DNA from: the human T2T-CHM13v2.0 reference genome, Homo sapiens
DNA length: 64,000 bases
Strand: one strand, 5' to 3'
Assembly (NCBI RefSeq): GCF_009914755.1
Contig: NC_060932.1
In this document: positions 25,901-38,290 of the stretch, piece after piece
Numbering within the stretch: the stretch's first letter is position 1
How the letters are laid out: each line of letters starts with the position of its first letter
Position numbers and translations under genes: made by a program
The notes under the pieces: model-generated
The model's database searches: none
Seen by the model: only the letters and a program-made list of their open reading frames with translations
Told to the model about the DNA's origin: nothing

Positions 25901-26238
25901 TATCAAATGATCCTAAGTGAACAGGGAATAAGACAAGGAAGAACAATATTGTATCTACAAAATTTACTACTTCAGAAATAAATCCTAAGTGAAACATAGA
26001 ATCTTTCTATTTGACTATTTCCTCAAACTATTTTTCCCTGGACAGCAGGCAGGCATCTGCAAATAAGAAATTGAAAGGGAAGCTTCATTAAACACCCAAT
26101 GAGATTCACCAGGACTCCTGAAGCTCTGTTTTGTGTCATTGTTAGCAGATCCGTGGTTTTCTCAGAAGCTCTGCTCTGACCTGATGAAAGTCCAGGTTGT
26201 GGGGAGGGGGTAAAGCAATTGACTCCCTGTAGTAACAC

Positions 26239-27170
26239 TGAGACAGGAGACTTCTCTTGACCCCTTCATGGGACTTGTTATGGGGTGGCTCCTTTGTTTG
26301 GCCACCATGCTGAAACCCTTTGCAGGAGGGGGAGCACGCAGGTGAGCGGGTGCAGAAACCAGGGTGAGTGCCTTTGCACACCAGCAGGAATGAAACCTGT
26401 ATCAGCTTGTGGCAGCATCTAAGAGTTGCCCGGGACCTATGGAGCCCCAGACGGTGTGTTACAAACAATACTTTTTTAACTTTGTCATCTGTGGATGGCT
26501 TAAGTGTTAAACAGCTCAGTGAAGAGTCAGTGTGACAACGTTTTTGGGTTCCCACACCCAGTGCATCCCAAATTCTTGTCTGACATCCAGGAAGAATCAG
26601 GTCACACAAACAGACTGAGGGTGGTATATGTGGAGGGTTTTATTGAGTGACGGAAGTGGCTCTCAGCAGGATGGGGAGCTGGAAAGGGGATGGAGTGGAA
26701 AGATAATCTTCCCCTGAAGTTTGGCCATCCCCCGCCAAACTCCTCTCTCACCATCCCCAGCCAAATTCCTCTCTGACCATCCCCAGCCAAACTCCTCTGT
26801 GACTGTCCCCAGCTGAACTCCTCTCTGACCTTCCCCAGATGAGAAATTCTCTCGACCGTCTCTGGCTGAACTCCACTCTGACCATAGTTTCTGACATCCA
26901 GCTGCCTCTTCTCTCAACATTCAGATGCATCTTCTCTTCTCTCCTTTTCTGTTGCCCCCTCTGCTCTTTTCCCAGTGAAATTTGGGGTTTTTGTGGGTAC
27001 AGGGTTGGGAGTGAGGTAGGCCGGGATGGTTTTGGAAAAGGCGACACTTGGGTAGGAAAACAGGAATGCGTGTTCTCATTTAGAGCTGTGGGTCTGGGCT
27101 TGAGGGTGGTACCCTTGTCAGGGACCCACCTGTCTTCTACTGAGTATTTCGCTTCCTCCTGTCCATATCA
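26239..27170 (-). mobile_element. ERV1 solo LTR, LTR1/LTR27/LTR28-like
   Basis: Reverse complement starts tgatatggacaggagg..aaatactcagtagaag..ccctcaagcc..; contains catccaggaagaatcaggtcacac; homologous to 28714 copy. Confidence 0.85.
26725..26885 (+). repeat. ~26-bp degenerate minisatellite x6 inside LTR
   Basis: Consensus ccatccccagccaaactcctctctga; six units with increasing divergence. Confidence 0.85.
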
Positions 27171-28175
27171 CTGAGAAACCAAGCAATGCAAATATGTGGC
27201 ACCTTCTAGCATATAGAGAAACCCTCTGGATGGCAACTGATAGGACCAGGGGCCAGGCCTAGCAAAGGGCAGAGCTGATGAAAAGCAAGACAGTCCAAGA
27301 ATTAATCCTGCGTGTCTTAACATAAAAGATTCTTAGTTTGTTTTTAATTTTAATTGAATATATAATGAACGAATTCGGTCTACTCCGCAAAGTCAGGGGA
27401 AAAAGCATATTCACCAAATTTTAGAATGTTATTCCATCTGTCCGCATTGACTACTCACACTTTCTCTTTTCTTTTCCCCCTTTTAACTTATTAGAGTTAT
27501 TGTAAGGACAAAACTAACAGCAAAATATTTATAAATCATAAGACATCATTTATTTTGAAATACTTTTCTTGTTCTACTTCTGTATTCTTCCCTGTTTCAT
27601 TTTCTGTTTATCCCTCTCTCATTCCTCTTTTAAGCACAGATAAAAGATGTGTTTCCATATCTTAAAAGATACTGCCCCAAGAGATTAATTAACATACAGA
27701 GAAATCATTAACATGCAAATTAACCTACTAAATGCCAGGTTTTCTCATGAAAGAAGCCCGGAGCAGACAGTTGCTCACCAGCAACCTGTGGCCTCAGGGA
27801 AACGTGGCAATGACTGTATTCCCCAAAAGAATGCTGGCATGTGATTTATATCTGGCAAGCAGGATACAGAGAGTTTCTCACTGGAAGATATTGTTCCCAC
27901 TTTTATTGTTGCAATTTTGCTAAAACAAAGAAATCTGTGTTAAGATGACTGCAGCTGTGTTAGAAACAAGTGTAATATATGTTGAAATGTATTTATTTTT
28001 CCAACTCGTACCAACAGAAACTCAATTATTCTTCAGTCTGGAAGATCTGCTAAGTTTTCTTAACTTATCATGTCATGACATCTGTGATGAAGGCATGCGC
28101 TGTGTTGACTGTGCCACAGAAAAACTCTGATGTCGAGCTGCATTTTATTTAAATCATTATTTTATTATTGATAAA

Positions 28176-28285
28176 TGTAAAAGGAAAATAAAATCTCAGG
28201 ACTCCAAATTCACTATGCCAGAAGGTAAAAGTTAAGTTGGAAGCTGAGTCATGAAAAAACCCAAAAAACTGCCTTTCCTTTAGTT
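28176..28285 (+). mobile_element. MER4-family LTR 5' fragment
   Basis: tgtaaaaggaaaataaaatctcaggactccaaattcactatgcca.. is homologous to the start of the 30550 copy. Confidence 0.75.
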
Positions 28286-28713
28286 TGATTCTTTTTTAAA
28301 AAAGACTTTAAGGACTTTAATTCTTTTTCTTTAGCTGTGGTAACAACAGTTAACATGAGCTCTATCCTCTTCAGTGTTTAAGTGCTATCCATTGTTGTTG
28401 ATTATTCGTATAATGCCATACAGAAAATCTTAAGAGCTTATTTATCTTACTTGGATAAAACTTTATGCCTCTTAATTGGCAACTCCCCATCTTCCTCTCC
28501 CCTGTAATCTCTGCCCCCTAGTCTCTGCGAACCACTCATTGATTCTATGAATTTGAGTATTGTAGTTCTCTCCTATAAATGGAATCATGCAGTATTTGTC
28601 TTTCTGAGACCGCTTTAGTTCACTTAGAATAATATCCCCAATATTTAAGCATGTTGTTACAGATCATAAATTTCCTTCTGTTTTTCAGGCTGAATAGTAT
28701 TTTATTGTATATA

Positions 28714-29622
28714 TGAAATGGGAACATTATCTGACCACCCTTGCAGGGCATGCGACAAGGTTGTGGCTCATCTGTCCGGCCAGTGACGCTTAAACCCCCT
28801 ATGGGAGGGGGAGCATGAGGACAGGCAGGTGCAGGAGCTTTGGTGAGCGCTTTTGAGCTCTGTCCCCACGGTAGCATCTAGGGGTGGGTGCCTGCAACTC
28901 CCAAAGCCCCAGTGTGCATGCTACAGTGCTCTTTTGAGCTCTGTCCCCATGGTAGCATCTAGGAGTGGGTGCCTGTGACTCCCAAAGCCCCAGTGTGCAT
29001 GCTACAGTGCTCTTTTAAGCTTCGTCCCCATGGTAGCATCTAGGGGTGGGTGCCTGCAACTCCTGAAGCCCCAGTGGGCATGCTACAATGTTCTTTTCAG
29101 CTCTGCTGTCTGCAGACAGCTTAAGTGTTTCAGCTCAGTGCCCTCTTAATACCCAGGTTCTTTTCTGGCATCCAGGAAGAATCAGGTCACACACGGACTT
29201 GAAGGATGGTGAATGTGGGGATTTTGTTGGGCGATGGAGATGGCTCTCAACAGGGTGAGTGAAGAGCTGGAAAGGGGATGAAGTAGGAAGATGTTCTTGC
29301 CCTGGAATTTGGTTGTCCCACGGCCAATATTCTCTTTGACCATTTTCAGCAGATCTCCTCTCGACATTCATACACTCCTTCTCGGCCACTCTTCTGCTCC
29401 TCTCTGTTCTGTTTGTCTGCTTATATGCTTGTGGAGTGTGGGGTTTGTGGTTTATATGGGTACAGGATAGGGTGATGTGGTTGGCCACAAGGCAACATTT
29501 GGGTGTGAAAACAGGAATGCCTATTCCCATGTAAGGCCATGGATTTCTAGGCTTGGGGGTAGAGCCTTTGCTGGGGAACTGCCCTCTTCTACCCAAGATT
29601 TCCTTGTCTCCTATCCATATCG
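28714..29622 (-). mobile_element. ERV1 solo LTR, LTR1/27/28-like, nested in L1MA
   Basis: tgaaatggga..ctgacc..catccaggaagaatcaggtcacac..aaacaggaatgcctattcccat..gggaactgccctcttctaccca..ccatatc. Confidence 0.85.
28850..29104 (+). repeat. 81-bp tandem triplication inside LTR
   Basis: Units start at 28850, 28931 and 29012, with a partial unit at 29093; copies are closely similar. Confidence 0.95.
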
Positions 29623-30117
29623 TTTCTACCATAGTTTGTTTATTCATTCATCTTTCAATAGACATTTAAGTAGTTTCTTCATCTTGGTTACTGTAAATAG
29701 TGCTGGAAAACTAATAACCCTATAGAGAAAATGGAACTTGAATAGACATTTCTCCAAAGACATGCAATTGGCAAACAGGTATATTTTTTTAAATATTCAG
29801 TGTCACTGCTAATCAGGAAAATGCAAAGAAAAACCACAGTGAGATACCACCCATACCTGTCAGGATGGCTATCAACAACAACAACAAAAACAACAACAAC
29901 ACACATGCACTTATGAAAGAGAGCAGGTTTTGGTAAAGATGAGAAGACATTGGAGGGACACCTGCACACTGTTGGTGGGAATGCAAAGCAAACAAACTGC
30001 TATGGGAAACAGTTGGAACAGTACTCCCAACACTACAAACAGAAGTGCCATGTGATTCGGTTATTCCACTTCTGGGTATTTATCCAAAATTATTGAAATT
30101 CAGGATCTTGATACTAG

Positions 30118-30345
30118 AAAGACTTTAAGGCAGTGATTATAAATATGTTCAAGGCTTTCATAGGAAATATAAACATGCTGAAGAGAGAAATAGAAGATAC
30201 AATACTGTAATAGAATTTCTAGAGATGAAACAATGAAATATCTGAGTTATTTCACTTACTAGGATTCATAGCAGTTTATAAAATGCAAAAGAAAAAATCA
30301 GTGAAATTTTAGAACATTAGAAACTATCCACACAGAAACAGAACT
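30118..30345 (+). mobile_element. Old L1M ORF1 remnant
   Basis: aaagactttaaggcag..attataaatatgttcaag..gaatttctagagatgaaa..atcagtgaa..tagaaactatcca. Confidence 0.65.
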
Positions 30346-30379
30346 TAGACCCCAAATATGCGAGGAATAATTGTATTAT

Positions 30380-30487
30380 AATAATTTAGAATATCCCCCA
30401 AAATCTGTAATAGATTTTAAAACAGAAAGAAACAATAATTTAGAATATCCCTCAAAATCTGTAATTGATTTTAGAAAAGAAAGGAAC
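30380..30487 (+). repeat. 54-bp tandem duplication
   Basis: aataatttagaatatccc(c/t)caaaatctgtaat(a/t)gatttta.. at 30380 and 30434. Confidence 0.9.
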
Positions 30488-30549
30488 AGAAAAAAGATTT
30501 TAGACACAGAAAGAACAGAAAGTGGGATTATGCTCAATATCATTAAGAA

Positions 30550-31202
30550 TGTGAAAGGAAAATGAATCTTGGGACCCCGAACTCACTGAGCCAAAGGGAA
30601 AAGTCAAACTAGCAACTGCATCATGAAAATCTCCTTCCCATTTTATTCCTAAATAAGACAGCTACAAAAATAAAAAAGCTACATACCTCCCCCACAATTT
30701 TCCCACTAAGAAATCCCTTGTGGGCCCCAAGATTCTTACCCTAAAACAGTCCTGTTGAATTTCACCCTGGCAAGAAAAATTGACACCTTATCTTCAGAGG
30801 TATGACACAAAGGATGAGACTCAAAGTCATATTTCTGCTCACTTGAGACAAGGCATATTTGATTGCTTCCCCTGACCTACGTTTATTTCATTTTATGTAA
30901 AAATGCAGATTCAGTGAGCTAGATGAATACATAATTGACTATTCCTCTACCACCTCTCACATGTGAATGGCTGATCAAAGACTCAAAGGAATGAAACTAT
31001 TTGCCTCTTACCTACCCACACCTTTTAAAATGTCTTCCTCTTTCCCCAATATCTCTCCTTTCTTCTTTAAATGTTGAAGCCTTCAAAATCATCTTTAGAG
31101 AAAGGTACCTTTCTCTAAAATTGGGATGTGTCTCCCACACTCACATACTCATCCTTGGCAAAATGAACTTCTACATTGACTGAGACCTGTCTCAGATACT
31201 TT
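30550..31202 (+). mobile_element. MER4-family ERV1 LTR (3' tip lost)
   Basis: tgtgaaaggaaaatgaatcttgggacccc..gccaaagggaaaagtcaa..ccttggcaaaatgaacttcta..gactgagacctgtctcagatact. Confidence 0.88.
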
Positions 31203-31227
31203 GAATTAGTATCTGTCTCAGATACTA

Positions 31228-31452
31228 GGTAAATGCAAATTAAAGCTACATCAGGATGCTACTACATACAATTACAGTGGCTGAAATTTAAAAGATAGAA
31301 AATCCCCACTGGTGGTGACCATGTGGATCAGTGAGAGGACTCATCCATTGCTGGTGGGAATGGAACATGGTTAAGGGTCTTACAGAAAATTTTAATTAAT
31401 TTCTATAAAAAATTAAATATATACCATGTGACACAGCCATTCCATTCTTGGG
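31228..31452 (+). mobile_element. Old L1M ORF2 fragment
   Basis: aaatgcaaattaaa..ggctgaaatttaaaaga..actcatccattgctggtgggaatg..cagccattccattcttggg. Confidence 0.7.
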
Positions 31453-31569
31453 GAACAGATGGAATTTTTAAATATTATGCATATTGTCTAAAGTTCACTT
31501 AGGCTTTCTAAAACACTGGAGTTAACATCTTTAATATTGTATTTTGTGAAAGGAATCCCTAAATGAGAG

Positions 31570-32640
31570 TCCACTTCTGGTCAGAGTGTTGTGAGGGTTC
31601 AGTTGATTCCCCTTTGAAGAAAACAAGTATAATCTTAGACAAAATTATCAAAACAACTATATTTATTCTCTGAACATTTACCATATCCACAGAATCAGAC
31701 ACCAGTGAAACAATGTCCACAAATTAGAAAGCATTAATCTTTAAAAAAAAAAAAAAAAAAACAAACAGAAAAACCAAAACAGTTATAATTTTGGGCAAGG
31801 ACATCAGTGAGCAGATGGCTTTCTTGACCACCGTGGTCAAAGCTTTCTCTGATTGGGGTTGGATGGAATCACAAGCAACTTTGAAGAATTGCTAGAGATT
31901 GCTCAGCTCACTGAGTCAGGACAAAGGTCGTTCGTAAAATCATAGATTGTTGGCTAAAACTAGCAGATTTGGTACTGAACCGATGGCGGAAATCACACAG
32001 CTTTCTTAGCCCAAGTTTGCAGACTAGGTTCTGGGTAAGCGGCGGCGCAGCCGCAGTCTTAATGGGAAGATTCTAGAAGTAAGAGAACCATGGAAGGGCT
32101 GAGATATGCTGCCCACCCCTCTCTGCCTGTCTGCCACACTACACTATGCAAGTGTGGGGAGACCCAAGGCATTCTGATAAATGAAAGCCAACACAGACTT
32201 AAAAACTGTATGCAAATTCAAATGTGTTTCTCAACCCGTGAACAACTCAACTGGAAGGTTAGAAGCCTTACAAAATAAAATATCTGATTGCAACCCCTGT
32301 CCAAATCACTGGAACTGATCATCAAAATCTACAGAGATAGAAACAACCCCAAGGACCTAAGGAAAAAAGGAAAACAAAAAAGGGAGCATAACACATCAAC
32401 AGTTGAGCTTCGTAGAAGAGATGAGGTTTTCCAGGGAAGCTTCCTAAAAATAGTCCAACAGCCCTGAGGAAAAAAAAAAAAAAAAAAAAACTATGTCTTC
32501 TACTTTCTTTTTTTTTTTTATCTTGAATGTCAGTTTTCAACCAAAAATTACAAAATACACAGACTCAGGGAAGTGTGAGCCACATTGGAAAAAAAAAATT
32601 TTAAAAAGATAGTATGAACTGACTGGGTAGGACCAGCTGT
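31570..32640 (+). mobile_element. Old L1M 5'-region remnant
   Basis: acttctgg..tagacaaaattatcaaaacaacta..aaccaaaaattacaaaatacac..gggaagtgtgagccaca; diverged. Confidence 0.45.
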
Positions 32641-34037
32641 CGAATGTAGCATAAAAAGAACAGCGGTTGTACATACATTCAGCACATTGTCCTTTCATAA
32701 AAGCCAGTGCTCCTCTGCAAGGAGACAGTCTGTCTGTTTTACAAAGGTGTGTGCCATACAAATTTTCTTGAAGACGGTGCAGAACAAAAGGCTGTCTGTG
32801 CTTGTGCTGTGTAGACGTGCATGACAGCCATGGGTCATTGTTTTCGGACAGACCTAGCAGGCAAATCTTAAACACTACAATTGTGCCTTTACTTACATTT
32901 TCATTGGATTGCCGTCCGCTCCATATTTGTAGAATCTCATGACGAGGATGGTAAAATTTTAGTTCCTTCCCATTAATATGTATCCCTCGAAAAGTAGGAA
33001 GCTCAGTAGAGGCCTTATCCTAGACCTGCCACTTTAGAATCTCTTCAGGGAAGCCCTGGAGGTTGCATTTAATTAGCAACCACTTGATAACACAGCAAAA
33101 TTTCGGAATCTGCCTACAGAATCCAACAGAAACTTGTAAACCCGACGTGTGAAAGCCTTGTTGCACTCACTACCCCTTACATCCCTCTCAGTCTTTCCTG
33201 TTCTCACACCCTGCAATCCCACCGTATCAAACTGCACGCAGCTGCCAGTACTCACCATGTTTCTATATGGTTATGCCTTTGAGAGTAAATGGAAAATAGC
33301 CCCCATTTGAGATGATTGGTTTGATTCTAAGTTGTTCACAGATGGAAATACTGGGTTTCCTACTCATCAATGAGGAATTAAGCTCCAATTCTAAAATGTG
33401 ATTTAATTTCTTATTCCCATAGAAATATAGGATTTTTGCATTTTATACATAGTGGCTGGAGTTATAAATCCTAACTGATATGTTACTTGTTCTAGGCCAA
33501 TATAACTAACATGTCTTTGAGAGTAAAAATAAAATGTATAACCTTGACTTTTTCTAACAAAGAAAAGGAGGGTGATTTATAAACCAGAAAGGTCATAGTC
33601 AAAGCATAATGTCTTATCTCTAGTCTGATAACAAGTTTTAGTTCAATTCAAATACCCATTTGCTCAAAATTTTACCTAGCCATGTGTAGGTATTATGCAA
33701 AGCAAAAGAATGATGAATTTGTATTGAATATTCTGTGTATATCCTAATATTTCTTATGTCAGCTGTAAAATAAATTTTTCTAGTTCTGTAGATTCTGAAG
33801 CTATAGTCAGATAGGTGTGGGTATAGACCTCCTGGATCTGTTTCTCTGAAGAATTCTGATTAACGCAATCAGTCTGTAGGTCTGTAGAACAGGCAGACAT
33901 GTATCTGCAATAGTTAAGTACTGTGCTACTTAGACAAAAAATTTAAAAAAATAAAATTACAAAAGACTTTTAAAACGGAAAAGGTCCCTGACCACATCCC
34001 AAGCATCATCAATTAAGGCATTATTAACTATATGTTA

Positions 34038-34369
<332 letters not shown>

Positions 34370-34750
34370 GAGAGAGAGAGAACTGGAACTTGTGTCCTCT
34401 GCCTCTCAGTATAAATCTCCTCTTTCTAAATTGAGATGTTCTTTGTTTCTGGGAATAATGGTTTTTCCAAAAGGAACAAAAATGCGAGCCTGGTAGAAAC
34501 TAACCATGATGATTCTCTTTTGGTTGCAATAATATGTGGGACTTTCACTTTCCATATAATAGAACTCTATGATAATTGCATTTTATAAGAACCATGTATA
34601 AAGCTGGAAAGGGAACTGAAAAAAGCATGTATTACTTTCATAAACATTTAAAACATAGAGACATCAAATATGAAAATCTGTTGTGATAAGAGAAATTGCC
34701 ATTATGAAAATCAAACAATTTCTCTCTATTGTTTTAATTATCAAATTGGT

Positions 34751-35126
34751 TGACTTAGTTCATTTGTGCTGTTATAACAAGACATTTGCAACGGACTAAG
34801 TCACTTATAAACAGACATTTCTAGATCACAGTTCTGGAGGCTGGAGGTCCGAGGTCAAGTTTCCAGCAGATTTGGTGTCTGGTGAAGGCCTCGTCTTTGC
34901 TTCATAGATGGTGCTTCTCATTTTATCCTCACATGGCAGAAGGGGCAGAAGGAAGGACCAGGCAGCTCTGGGAAGATCATTTTATAAGGTCTTTTAATCC
35001 TATTCGGGAGGGTGGCGCCCTCAGGACATAACCACTTTTCCAAAGCTCCCACATCTTAATACTACAGCATGGGGCATTCAGTTTCAACATGAATTTTAGA
35101 GGGACACAGACATTCAAACCCTAACC
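34751..35126 (-). mobile_element. MLT1A/MSTD-like MaLR LTR
   Basis: cacagttctggaggctggaggtccgaggtcaag..gtgtctggtgaaggcc..gtttcaacatgaatttt..gggacacagacattcaaacc. Confidence 0.88.
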
Positions 35127-35770
35127 CTGTTTTTTGTTGATAGTTTGTTAAAATTTATTTCTATGTTTTGAAACTGAAGTATCTCATGTAATTGGCAACA
35201 GTCCTTGGAAGAGGGTTCAATAGTGAAAGGAGACCTTAGGAATCTGTTTCTTATTCACAGATTCTCCTGGATTGCAGCAGGGAACATTGCAACAGCAGCA
35301 GCACACTGTTTTGCAGTGAAAATTGATTTTCCTTGCTAAGTTCCCTTTCAATTAACTTCATTTCTTGTTTCTCACACAGTTAATATATTATTTTTCCCTC
35401 TATGCCTAAAAGATCTAAGAGATCTGAGAAACCCCACAGCTAACTCGTCACCACTACAACATGCAGCTTTCTTATATTGACCGCAATTTTAAATTCGACT
35501 GGACATACGGAGTCAACTTACTAAAGGCTCCATATAATGTCTTGTTAGCACAATCTCATTGATAAAAATATCACACCTAAAATTTTTTAAAAGTTAAAAT
35601 ATAAAATAACCCATTTCATTTCTAATATTTATTTTTTAGCACTTATAGTCTCAGCCATTAGTAGGCATCAGAAAAGACAGCCCTGTTCCAAGTTTTCCTA
35701 CCTTCTGATTTTCAACTTCATATCAATAAACAAAATAGTGAAATTCACCTAACTTTACCAATTACCATAG

Positions 35771-36133
35771 TGTACTGGTCTGTTTCCACGCTGCTGATAA
35801 AGACATACACGAGACGGGGCAATTTACAAAACAAAAAGGTTTAATTGAACTTACAGTTCCACATAGCTGGGGAAGGTCTCACAACCATGGTGAAGGGCAA
35901 AAGGCACTTCCTACATGGTGGCGGCAAGAGAGAAATGAGGAGGAAGCAAAGGGGGAAACCCCTTATTAACCCATCATACGTCATGAGACTTTTTCACTTT
36001 TAGGAGAATAGCACAGGAAAGACCAGCCCGATGATTCAATTACGGACCCCTGTGTCCCTCCCACAACACATGGGAATCCTGGGAGATACAATTCAAGTTG
36101 AGATTTGGGTGGGGACACAGACAAACCATATCA
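35771..36133 (-). mobile_element. THE1 (B/C-like) solo LTR
   Basis: cgctgctgataaagacatac..tccctcccacaacacatgggaat..gagatttgggtggggacacag..aaaccatatca; TSD catag/aatag. Confidence 0.93.
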
Positions 36134-36519
36134 AATAGTGATGAGCAATTAATACATGTGGATTAAAAGTCTTTCTTCTCTAATTGATACTAAAGTTAAA
36201 TGTTATTATGTGTTCTTTCTGGACTTTTCTATGAAAATGATAATGCATTTGTATATGACAATATACTTGCTTTTTAGTTTGAGTTTCTGTTTTCACACTA
36301 GGGATTAGATTAAGTAAATATACATTGATGAGCAAATACGTTTGATGTATAAAGATACTCTAAAATAAAATTAAAAGTATTGTCTTTGTCAATTATAAAT
36401 ATAAAACACAAAAGAAAAAATGTAGTTGTATTGCTTATAACCCAATAATTAGTTTTGGGTATAGAAGTCAACAGAAGTACAGTATGATAACTACAGGTAT
36501 TTTGAAGGGGAGGACAGTT

Positions 36520-36967
36520 TAAGAGGGTAAAGAGGGCTGCACATTCTTTGTTACGTCTACAAACAGAAATGAAATCAAATTCTTCTTCCTTTGAATCTGG
36601 TCTTGGTCTTGCTGTGGGTTGCTTGACCAATTGAAGTGACACTCTGGGTCCTTCAAGCCTAATCCGTAAGAGGCCTTGCAGCTTCTGCCTGGCCTCCTGG
36701 AATCCTCTGTGGTGGGCTGTTCCTGCCTCCCAGCTATTCTTACCAAGGCACCAGACTTACAGCCATGTGGACCCTTCAGCCCAGCCAACCTGTCATTGGA
36801 GTAGGGCTGGGAGACTCCTCTCACCCCCAGTGCAAAGTGGAACACCCAGTGCCCAGGATGATGTCATGAAGCAATGAGTTTAACCACTGCACTCAGCCAG
36901 TGCTGGGCTGAGTAAGGGTCCCCCAAAGACACCGATATCCAACTCCCTGGACCCGAGACTGTGTTAA
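36520..36967 (+). mobile_element. Old MLT1 fragments
   Basis: cctttgaatctgg..gcttgaccaa..gaagtgac..aagaggccttgcagcttctgcctggcctcctggaa, then a second MLT1 start near 36900. Confidence 0.65.
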
Positions 36968-37222
36968 TGATATAGGAGTTCAAAAGAAATTATTTAGGCA
37001 GGTAGTGAGGGTAAGGAAATCCTCGGTAAGGTTTTCCTGTTAATGAAAGGCAGCCTCCAAATCATTTCTTTTCTAACAAAAGCAGCCTGTAAAATCAAGT
37101 TGTAGACATAAATAAGCAAACTGGAAGCTTGCAGGGGTGAATGCCGGCAGCTATGCCAGTGGGCAAGGGACTACCTGGGGGCTGGGCATGTTGAACATGG
37201 CAACTCCGTCTTCTTTGTCATG
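36968..37222 (+). mobile_element. LTR9-like ERV1 LTR, 5' part only
   Basis: tgatataggagttcaaaagaaattatttaggcaggtagtgagggtaag..ggaagcttgca..gaatgccggcag. Confidence 0.85.
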
Positions 37223-37345
37223 GAAGCAATGGGAAATCAATACACACTGTGACGGAAGAAGTTGCAACTCTTTGGAAATCTAAAACACGTAAAATGATAA
37301 AGGCTATAAAACATCCATTAATTGTGTTTTTACTGTTTGTTGATA

Positions 37346-37714
37346 CACTCTGGACTGAATTGTTTCTCTTTAAAATACATATATCGAAATTTTCATCCCC
37401 AGTCTGACTGGTTTTGGAGATCGGGCTTTAGGAGGATAATGAAGGTCAAGGGGGGTAATAAGAGTGGAGTCCTAATCCTACAGGCTTGGTGGCCTTCTAA
37501 GAAGAGAGACAGACATTTTTCTCCCTCTTCTAGTGCATACACTGAGAAAAGGCCATGTGAGGCCACAGCAAGAAGGCAGCCACCTGCAAGCCGCGGAAGG
37601 TGGTCTCACCAGGAACCAAATCAGATGGAAACTTGGTCTTGGACCATAAACATCTGTTGTTGAAGCCTCCCCCTCTGTGGTACTTAGTCACAGCAACTCG
37701 AGTAGGCAAATGCA
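37346..37714 (+). mobile_element. MLT1A-like MaLR LTR
   Basis: tggactgaattg..gagaaaaggccatgtgaggccacagcaagaaggcagccacctgcaagcc..ataaacatctgttgttgaagcc. Confidence 0.88.
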
Positions 37715-37774
37715 TGAAAATGGTTGCAGTTTTACTGACTGAAGCAGTTAATATTTGTCAGCAGCTTCCAGAGA

Positions 37775-38290
37775 GGTAGGATAACCTGGTAATTATGAGG
37801 GAGGCTCTGGACTGCCTGAGTTTGAGTCCAGGAATCCCTATTTACTGTAAGTGACTATGGGCAAGAAACTGAATGTCTGTATTTCAGTTTCTTCATCTGT
37901 AAAATGGGATTCATAACAGTGTGGGGATTTGTGATGACCACAAATATAACACATGGAAGCCTTAGGTTACTAGCTGGCATGCACTAACAGATTCCTATTA
38001 TCACATTTCAGTTCACTGAAGCAATAAAATGTTTGTATTTTTAAGTGAAAATAGGATGGCATGGTGGTAAAAACAAAGGACTAAGATACAGAAAACTTAA
38101 ATTCAAATTGTTTTGAACTTGAGTAAATTACAATCTCTGTAAATTTTGTCCTTTTCCACCCTTATAAATGAGGGCATTGAAATTTAAATATCACGAGATC
38201 ATTGAGAGGATACAATGAAATGATGAGATCTGTGACTGCATCTAGAACTAAGAAGCACTACAGAAGTATAATTAATAGGTGTAATTTAAT
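37775..38290 (+). mobile_element. Two tandem MIR remnants
   Basis: gtgactatgggcaag..tcagtttcttcatctgtaaaatgggat; second core accttataaatgaggg..gagaggatacaatga. Confidence 0.7.

Larger units (their letters stand above)
28320..30111 (-). mobile_element. L1MA-type element with 5' inversion, interrupted by an LTR
   Basis: Antisense 3'UTR/ORF2 end at 28320-28713 and 29623-29705, then sense ORF2 at 29706-30111; flanking direct repeat aaagactttaagg at 28301 and 30118. Confidence 0.85.

Noticed and set aside
25910-25993. 12-bp direct repeat atcctaagtgaa flanking ~60 bp
   Set aside because: Could be a TSD, but there is no clear insert identity or poly-A and it adjoins decayed L1 sequence.
26725-29104. 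Tandem arrays as CRISPR-like repeats
   Set aside because: Units are contiguous without unique spacers, lie within LTRs, and the DNA is primate.
26239-29622. Two co-oriented LTR1-type LTRs as the ends of one provirus
   Set aside because: They differ substantially, no PBS or gag/pol lies between them, and the second is nested in an older L1.
29135-29647. Longest ORF (170 aa), and the 155-aa ORF at 26142-26609
   Set aside because: Both lie essentially within LTR sequence and have no retroviral protein motifs.
32470-32519. A-tract and T-tract inverted pair
   Set aside because: Low-complexity mononucleotide runs; no sign of function.
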